64,000 bases of DNA, taken from the IMG/VR virus record IMGVR_UViG_3300028874_000370, positions 1 through 64,000 of that record. The stretch is one strand, 5' to 3'. Made by a program: the position numbers and the translations under genes. Every line of letters begins with the position of its first letter. Within the stretch, counting starts at the first letter, position 1. The notes beneath the pieces were generated by a model. The model made no database searches. It had not been told where the DNA came from and saw nothing but the letters and a program-made list of their open reading frames with translations. Source of the DNA: a virus. Shown piece after piece: positions 57,496 through 64,000 of this stretch.

Positions 57496-59160
57496 TTACA
57501 TGTAGATTACCAATTCTTGCCAATTTTCCGCGCCTGATCTGACAATGTCCAAACCTTTTACAAATTCTCGGATCGTCACTACATCAAGGATTTTCTTTTT
57601 ATTGAGATCTAAAAGAACACCTATCAATTTTTCTTTGTCTTCGATAGAAACATCAGTCCCGCCAAGTGTAGGAAGAATAGAACGGATACGAACTAGTGTT
57701 TCTTCTGGTGTCAATGACATATCAATCTTAGCAGAACGTGAAAGAATAGCTTTATCGAATTCTTCTTTCTTAAGATTTGAAACGAATACTACCCGCCCTC
57801 TGAATTCGAAGGTAGACGGGAATTTCATTTTATCTTCTAGACCGGTATCTCTCTTTGAATCGCCTTCTTCCTCTTCTTCAGTTTCATCTTCTTCATCTGG
57901 CTGAGTCCCAGCTAGATAATGATCCATTGAAGTATTATACTTTTCACGTTCATCATCTGTCCATTTAGATACATTTTTAGTTTGTGCATTTGCCGAAGAA
58001 ATTTCACGAACTGGCGAAGTATCTAATGCAGCTTTTAAATAATTAGCAGCATCTTGATTCTTCCACATTGAATCGCAATCATCAAATAAAATTAAACCAC
58101 CTTTACGAAACATAAACAATGTCTTATACAATTCAGTAGGAGTAATCTTACCAGAAAGTTTAACATAATCTTCACCTTTAACTAATCCGGCTGCCTTGAT
58201 AGCTTCCATAATCGTAAAGGTTTTACCAGTCCCTGGCCCGCCATATATCAATAACGCTTTAAGTTTATCTTTACATGCTAAGGTCACTAATTGAAATAAG
58301 TGACCATATAGCATATCGACATCACGCATTTCCTCTTCAGTTGGATTAGCAGCAAGCTTATCTTGGATTTGATTATATAGAGCTTGGGCTTGTTTATTTT
58401 CACCAGCCGAAATAAATCGTTTTGTTACTGGGTCTTGCGCAGTAACTTTAATATAAAGAATTGGTTCCGCTTTACCTGAAGATTTAGAATCTGGTTTATT
58501 TGGTTCATCTGATTTCGATTCTTTTTCTGATGAACCGCCAGGAATTAGAGACCAACGACCGCGACCAACTTTCTGGCCATCAAGATATTTTTTGCTTGGA
58601 ACACCAACATTATTATCACGAGCAATTTTAACAATCTGATCAAAGGTAACATCTTTAACTTGGGCATCACTCAAGTCTTTCTTAGCAAGCTTTAGAAATT
58701 CTTCAGGAGAAACACCTTTAGCTTCAAATAGATCAGCACCAATCTCTAGTGAAATAGATTTAGCTTCTTCTACAGCAGTAATTTCTACTTTGCCTTCTTT
58801 AGGAGATTTAATCAATTGAGCAATCTTCTTTAGCTCGGACGCAATTGCTGCAACACTGAGATTTTCAGTGTGAATTGTGTAATCTGCTGTTGCATTCATT
58901 CCGTATTTTGTCCATACGTCAAATGCAATAATTGTACTTCCTTTAGTTCTGATTCTGAAAGCTTTTCCCTTACCAAAGAAATACAAATACCCGACTCCAG
59001 ATTTTAGTTGTTCGGTACCATCTTTACCGCCGAACCTATAGAGCTTAGTATTTAGTAATGCTGGTAAACGTTTTTCGATTGCATTAAGAACACGATCTAG
59101 ACCTGATCCATGTTCTTTGTCTTCTACAACGAATAGCTTAAATGATGATAGTGTTGACAT
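57496..59160 (-). CDS. AAA+ ATPase, paralog of 8613-9662 with long N-terminal extension
   Basis: YGGPGTGKT, ILFDDCDSM, PSTFEFRGRVVFVSN. Confidence 0.8.
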   Translation of the reverse strand: MSTLSSFKLFVVEDKEHGSGLDRVLNAIEKRLPALLNTKLYRFGGKDGTEQLKSGVGYLYFFGKGKAFRIRTKGSTIIAFDVWTKYGMNATADYTIHTENLSVAAIASELKKIAQLIKSPKEGKVEITAVEEAKSISLEIGADLFEAKGVSPEEFLKLAKKDLSDAQVKDVTFDQIVKIARDNNVGVPSKKYLDGQKVGRGRWSLIPGGSSEKESKSDEPNKPDSKSSGKAEPILYIKVTAQDPVTKRFISAGENKQAQALYNQIQDKLAANPTEEEMRDVDMLYGHLFQLVTLACKDKLKALLIYGGPGTGKTFTIMEAIKAAGLVKGEDYVKLSGKITPTELYKTLFMFRKGGLILFDDCDSMWKNQDAANYLKAALDTSPVREISSANAQTKNVSKWTDDEREKYNTSMDHYLAGTQPDEEDETEEEEEGDSKRDTGLEDKMKFPSTFEFRGRVVFVSNLKKEEFDKAILSRSAKIDMSLTPEETLVRIRSILPTLGGTDVSIEDKEKLIGVLLDLNKKKILDVVTIREFVKGLDIVRSGAENWQELVIYM

Positions 59161-59219
59161 GTTTATAATTATTATTAGTGGATAAAACTATTTATTCATA
59201 ATTTGAATTGCTTCTTACT

Positions 59220-61004
59220 TTACATTAACAATCCATACCTGGAACCATTGAAGTCTTGTGATGTTAAAAGAGTTCCATCTGAACCAATAACAACAATATT
59301 ATTCTTTCCTACTACTATTTGGACATATGCAGCCGCAAATGGCATCGCATAACTTTTCCAACTCTTTCCATCATAGCTGAGAAGCATAGTTGATCCAGCT
59401 GTTGCGACTGCCATGAATGAACCAAATACGAATTGTAAATTTGACCAAACTGCACTAACCGGTAATGTAACTGGATTCCAAAATAATCCATCAACAGAAA
59501 CAGCTCCAGCTGTAGTAGTATTCATAGCAACAAATACTCCTCGTCCATATGCTATACACCCCCAAGTTGTTGATGACGGCATTGCACCCGCTCTCGGAAA
59601 AGCGTTCTGTGGTGTTCCAGTTGATGAACATACCGATGTTCCGGTTGTTATCCCAGCAAATAAATTATTCCCAAATGTATTAACAGAAACACCTGTGGCT
59701 ACTTGAGATCTAGCATACCATTCTATTCCATCTGTACTATACATTGCCTGTGCAGCGGTAGCACCAGTAGCAAGAAATCTACCATTACCGTATGCAATAC
59801 ATGCGCCTGCCGTTAATGTGGTTGGTAACGTAATAAGTGTCCATTCAACTCCATTTAATGAAACCATACCAGTAGTTCCAGTTACCGGAAAGGCGACAAA
59901 TATTCGGCCGCCCCATATAATAGAACTCCAAATTTGAGAAACAGGTAATGGGATTTGTTTCCATGTGGATCCGGTGCTTGATATAAATGCATTACTATTA
60001 TTGTTAGATAGAATTACATAAGTTGAATTACCATATGCTCCACATGCATATTGTTGTGCATAATTATTAGCAGTCCAAACAGAAGCAGTAGGACTAGATA
60101 CTGATAAAACACCAGTACTAAATACAATAATGAATAAACCAGATGTTGGTAAATATGTAATTCCACTAGCACCGGTATATGATAATGTTGTTCCGTAAGT
60201 ATTTGCAATACCATTTGTACTAAATTCATTATCACCAGATGTTGCACAAGCCATGAACATACCATTACCATAGCAAATACTAGTGTAATCATCATTATCC
60301 CAGGCTTGTGCTGTCCAATTGATCCCATCTGGGCTAGTATTAATAGTTGCAGCACCATTTGATACACAGACAAATAACCCGCCGCCATAAGTAATGGACC
60401 ACCATTGTGATGTAGTCGTCATTGTACTAGTTGTCCATGTAGTTCCATTTGAACTATATGCAGCTATTGTTGTATCAAATGCACAACATACGAAAATACC
60501 ATTACCAAAAGTTAATGCTTGCCAGGCTTGTGAACTTGGCATAGACATCAGCGTCCAATTGATCCCATTTGGTGAAGTTGCTCCAACCGAATTTCCATAT
60601 TGTATAGCAACAAAGGTACTATTTCCGTATGCTATATTAACAGCCCCAGTAAGAACACTAGTCGCTAATGCCCACGTCATTCCATCTGGTGATGAAATGA
60701 CATTTGTTGTAGTACTACTAACAGCTACGAAAATACCATTGCCATATGTAATAGAAGACCAAGTATCACTAACTGGTAAAGCGACTAATTGCCAGTTAGT
60801 ACCATTTGATGTAATAGCACCTTGTGCAGTTCCGCTAAATAGAGTAACAGCTACAGTTCCATTATTAGTAATACATGAAGCATTAGCTGAAGTAAATGGT
60901 GCAGAAATATTACTAAATTTTGGAGGTTGCTCCCATACATAATCAATACTCTCTGATTTCACTGGAGGATTTATTGAATTGATTGGAGTATGAAACATTT
61001 CCAT
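59220..61004 (-). CDS. beta-propeller (Asp-box/BNR-like) repeat protein, tail/receptor-binding related
   Basis: many W.SI.YGNG.FVA and S.DG.NW repeats. Confidence 0.7.
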   Translation of the reverse strand: MEMFHTPINSINPPVKSESIDYVWEQPPKFSNISAPFTSANASCITNNGTVAVTLFSGTAQGAITSNGTNWQLVALPVSDTWSSITYGNGIFVAVSSTTTNVISSPDGMTWALATSVLTGAVNIAYGNSTFVAIQYGNSVGATSPNGINWTLMSMPSSQAWQALTFGNGIFVCCAFDTTIAAYSSNGTTWTTSTMTTTSQWWSITYGGGLFVCVSNGAATINTSPDGINWTAQAWDNDDYTSICYGNGMFMACATSGDNEFSTNGIANTYGTTLSYTGASGITYLPTSGLFIIVFSTGVLSVSSPTASVWTANNYAQQYACGAYGNSTYVILSNNNSNAFISSTGSTWKQIPLPVSQIWSSIIWGGRIFVAFPVTGTTGMVSLNGVEWTLITLPTTLTAGACIAYGNGRFLATGATAAQAMYSTDGIEWYARSQVATGVSVNTFGNNLFAGITTGTSVCSSTGTPQNAFPRAGAMPSSTTWGCIAYGRGVFVAMNTTTAGAVSVDGLFWNPVTLPVSAVWSNLQFVFGSFMAVATAGSTMLLSYDGKSWKSYAMPFAAAYVQIVVGKNNIVVIGSDGTLLTSQDFNGSRYGLLM

Positions 61005-61005
61005 T

Positions 61006-61416
61006 TTAGTAATTACCACCAATAACGGATACCGCATATCCGGCTGCAACAGTTGTACCGATAGTTACCGCTAATGTATATCCAGCAGGCAAAGCAAATC
61101 CCAAATAAATTTCCTGATTCAACAACTGGGTAGTTTGAGATAGTGTTGTTGCTGGTAGTGTTATTTCTTCCCATAAAATATTGTTTGTTGCAGTAGCCAA
61201 AGTGGACCCATTATTAATGAATACCCGTGCCACTGTTGCAACGTTTGTACCAAGTGCACGAAATCGAATTTTCTCAACTCGACTTCCGTTAGATCCCGCA
61301 GTAAAAACGTTTGTTGCACCAACACCAGTTACCGCGGTTACTGCGGTTACTAGTGCGGCTGTCGCCCAGCTTATATTTGCTGATACACTATAAATCGGAG
61401 CTGTATTTGCTGTCAT
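61006..61416 (-). CDS. tail-associated structural protein
   Basis: 136 aa Thr/Ala-rich beta protein between fibre genes; AAGGA SD. Confidence 0.6.
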   Translation of the reverse strand: MTANTAPIYSVSANISWATAALVTAVTAVTGVGATNVFTAGSNGSRVEKIRFRALGTNVATVARVFINNGSTLATATNNILWEEITLPATTLSQTTQLLNQEIYLGFALPAGYTLAVTIGTTVAAGYAVSVIGGNY

Positions 61417-61428
61417 TTGTAATTCCTT

Positions 61429-64000
61429 TTACATGAAAGTGTTTGCTGTTAGTAATGCTGTTAATAATCCTAGTGAAGGCCCAGTTGGAGCTGTTGCACT
61501 GGTTAATACTGCTGTGAAATATGTATTTGTCGCTACTGCGCTTAGTGCTTGACCAGTAGTGACATAACCCCATAATTCGATATAATCCGATGATCCATTT
61601 AAATAAACTACAGATGAAACTGTTCCGGTTGTTGAAGATGCGGCTTGAACACCAGCAGAAAAACTAGATCCGTTTTTATAAATTGCACTAATTATTGCTG
61701 TTGTTGAAGATCCAATAGTTATTGCACCAGACACACTGTAATAACCTGCAACCAATGGCTGATACCGATAATTTGTTACATTATCAAATGCCACAGTTGT
61801 ATCAAAAGTTTTTGTCTGTAACTGAATCTTAGTAAACGTAGTACTAGAAAGAGTTTGTGCAGAACTTTGATATGCACTGAAAGCTACTGGTGTTCCAATA
61901 GCTGCAGCAATTGCCGTAGTGACGTATTTGGTACTTGCTATTTTATCTGTACTATCGCCAAGTGATGCCAATGGAGTAGTATTAGAAGATGCAACCATCC
62001 CAGTAGAACCTAGTGATATAATCTCTTGGCTTCCATTCTGATCAACTGTAGTAATATTTGAACCAGAACCATTAGTAAGGATTAGTGAATATCCACCAGT
62101 AGTACTGTTATATATAGTCCACTGTCCGGACGTTGGAAATGTCAATGTTGCATTACTAGTTAATGTTCCAGACACTACAATAATAGCACAGCCATATTGG
62201 GATGCGCTTAATATCGTAGCTCCGCCAGTTGTACTAACTGATGAACTTACTTGAGTTGCATTATATACGAAAGCAGTAGATGATACTTGGGTTGTATTAT
62301 TCCCTAATGAAGCTGTTGTCGTTGTTGGTGTTCCTGATAATGCTGGGCTAGCTAACAATGCATACGGCGATAAAATAGAAGTAAGTGCAGTATTTGCACT
62401 CAACGAAGTATTAATCCATTTAGAACTTGATGAATTATATGTAAGCACTTGTTGGTTTATTGGACCAGATACTGAAACATCACCAAGACCTATAGCAGCA
62501 GATCCAGCCGAACTAGCCCAGGCAGAATATCCTGAAGGTATAGTTTCGGTAAATGATCCAGCTAAATTGATAGTCCATACAGAAGCAGAATCAGAACAGA
62601 ATGCCGGATAGATTGTTGCGGTTCCACCAATCGGGATACCACCAGTATCAGTTGCTGGATTAGCCGTTCCGCTACCATTCCAATTACCTGTCCCAGTTCT
62701 AAACCAAACTAATCTATTTGTAGCATCAACAGCAACACAAACTATATTTCCTGCTGTTGAAAAGTTTTCTGCTGTACCATCAGCAGTTCCGCCATTATAG
62801 TAAATATTACCAGATGTTTGGAACACACCAGTGCTTCCAACCCCATCATTATATCCGATTTGTGCTGTCAAACTTTCTGTCTGTGGAACAACACCAACTG
62901 CGGCATTACTACTGGATGTCCCAGAAACAAATGTTAGTTCATAATAATATTTACCACCAGTTAAACCAGTATTACCGAGTGTTACGCAAACGCCAGTGCC
63001 ACCAGCAAATGTTGCTGTTAAATTACTATTTGATAATGTAATCCCGGCTTCTGTATGAGTTGGATCTAATGCAGGTGTTGCTGCAGACCCTAGAAGAATA
63101 GAGAAATTACCAAGAGTTGAATTGCTGTTATAACCAATCGCAGTACTTGCCATAGAGGCAATACCAAGTGCAGTTGCAACATCTGAGGTTGTTAATGTAA
63201 TAGCCCCGGTTCTTGTATTAAATGCTGTTACACCGGAACTTATTCCGGATATAGCAGACATGACATATGCGGTTGTTGCTATTTGAGTTGTATTAGTCCC
63301 AGATGTTGCTGTTGGAGCCAACGGAGTTCCAGTCAATGTTGGTGAGGCCAACGGAGCATAGGCGGATATGCCAGACATGACATATGCGGTTGTTGCTATT
63401 TGAGTTGTATTAGTCCCAGATGGTGCTGTTGGAGCCAATGGAGTTCCAGTCAATGTTGGTGAGGCCAACGGAGCATAGGCGGATATGCCAGAAATATCAG
63501 TTGTTGATAACACAACTGTGCCAGCGCGCCCGGCTACAGTTTGGACATTTGCACTTAACGAACCTGAACTAATAGTTAAACCGGTACCTACTATAATCCC
63601 ACCAGATGTTGTAGTTGTTGCAGCTGGAAGTACATAAGCCGCTGTACTAACAGCTGATGTAACATATGCCGTTGTTGCAATTTGTGTTGTATTAGTGCCA
63701 GGCGTTGCTGTTGGGGCTAATGGGACTCCGGTTAATGTTGGTGAAGCTAATGGAGCCACCAATGAAGCATTAGCCGGTGTAAACCCTAAAGCCGATGAAA
63801 CATCAGAAGACATTAAAACTACTGCGCCAACTCGTCCAAAAACTGAAGATACTTCAGTTGACTGACCGTCTATTTTATCCCATGTAGTTCCATCAAACGC
63901 AAGCATATCGCCAATATTCCATGACGAAATTCCATCGACCGTTGTAGTCCCAGCTACAGAAACTTTATATAAACTTCCTTTGGTCCCTGTTCCAGATGTG
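61429..64000 (-). CDS. tail fibre protein (5' end outside window) with SPRY-like and C1q-like domains
   Basis: frame open to the window edge; LASPTLTG.P.APTA..GTNTTQIATTAYV repeats, GKYYYE..GNIVCVAVD (SPRY), PVAFSAY..LNGSSDYIEL (C1q-like). Confidence 0.8.
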   Translation of the reverse strand, partial: TSGTGTKGSLYKVSVAGTTTVDGISSWNIGDMLAFDGTTWDKIDGQSTEVSSVFGRVGAVVLMSSDVSSALGFTPANASLVAPLASPTLTGVPLAPTATPGTNTTQIATTAYVTSAVSTAAYVLPAATTTTSGGIIVGTGLTISSGSLSANVQTVAGRAGTVVLSTTDISGISAYAPLASPTLTGTPLAPTAPSGTNTTQIATTAYVMSGISAYAPLASPTLTGTPLAPTATSGTNTTQIATTAYVMSAISGISSGVTAFNTRTGAITLTTSDVATALGIASMASTAIGYNSNSTLGNFSILLGSAATPALDPTHTEAGITLSNSNLTATFAGGTGVCVTLGNTGLTGGKYYYELTFVSGTSSSNAAVGVVPQTESLTAQIGYNDGVGSTGVFQTSGNIYYNGGTADGTAENFSTAGNIVCVAVDATNRLVWFRTGTGNWNGSGTANPATDTGGIPIGGTATIYPAFCSDSASVWTINLAGSFTETIPSGYSAWASSAGSAAIGLGDVSVSGPINQQVLTYNSSSSKWINTSLSANTALTSILSPYALLASPALSGTPTTTTASLGNNTTQVSSTAFVYNATQVSSSVSTTGGATILSASQYGCAIIVVSGTLTSNATLTFPTSGQWTIYNSTTGGYSLILTNGSGSNITTVDQNGSQEIISLGSTGMVASSNTTPLASLGDSTDKIASTKYVTTAIAAAIGTPVAFSAYQSSAQTLSSTTFTKIQLQTKTFDTTVAFDNVTNYRYQPLVAGYYSVSGAITIGSSTTAIISAIYKNGSSFSAGVQAASSTTGTVSSVVYLNGSSDYIELWGYVTTGQALSAVATNTYFTAVLTSATAPTGPSLGLLTALLTANTFM
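63255..63492. repeat. 117 bp tandem duplication in tail fibre gene
   Basis: 63255-63371 vs 63372-63488, 2 mismatches. Confidence 0.9.

Noticed and set aside
1056-63041. Numerous plus-strand ORFs of 60-180 aa in the ORF track (e.g. 10320-10715, 42131-42637, 60394-60942)
   Set aside because: They are antisense shadows of well-supported minus-strand genes, with no recognisable motifs
1-64000. Stop-codon reassignment as in some large phages
   Set aside because: Conserved genes are full length in the standard code, and TAA, TGA and TAG all occur as apparent stops

Overview
AT-rich, gene-dense segment of a large T4-like/jumbo myophage genome in the standard genetic code, almost entirely on the minus strand. 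Replication, recombination and packaging genes: ATP-dependent DNA ligase, clamp loader subunits, UvsX/UvsY/UvsW, gp32-like SSB, DinG-like helicase, UvrB, terminase large subunit plus two truncated paralogs, and a DNA polymerase III alpha-like module split over two distant small genes. Nucleotide metabolism and other enzymes: NrdA (with a mini-intein), NrdB, DHFR, dCMP deaminase, GroES, a GH108 lysin, a lytic transglycosylase and an ADP-ribosyltransferase. Tail-fibre genes lie at the right end. Host-type accessory genes include a NifV-like homocitrate synthase, a UDP-sugar dehydrogenase and a GC-rich lipoprotein. The most striking unexplained element is a 1.2 kb ORF-free block at 5160-6331. Read on the minus strand it has a promoter, a boxB/boxA-like antitermination leader, and three back-to-back structured RNAs of about 528, 267 and 216 nt. 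Each is closed by a 19-24 bp terminal stem; the three stems are related in sequence and all their mismatches are G.U on the minus strand. This looks like an rRNA-operon-style phage ncRNA operon. All family calls come from motif recognition by eye, not database searches.
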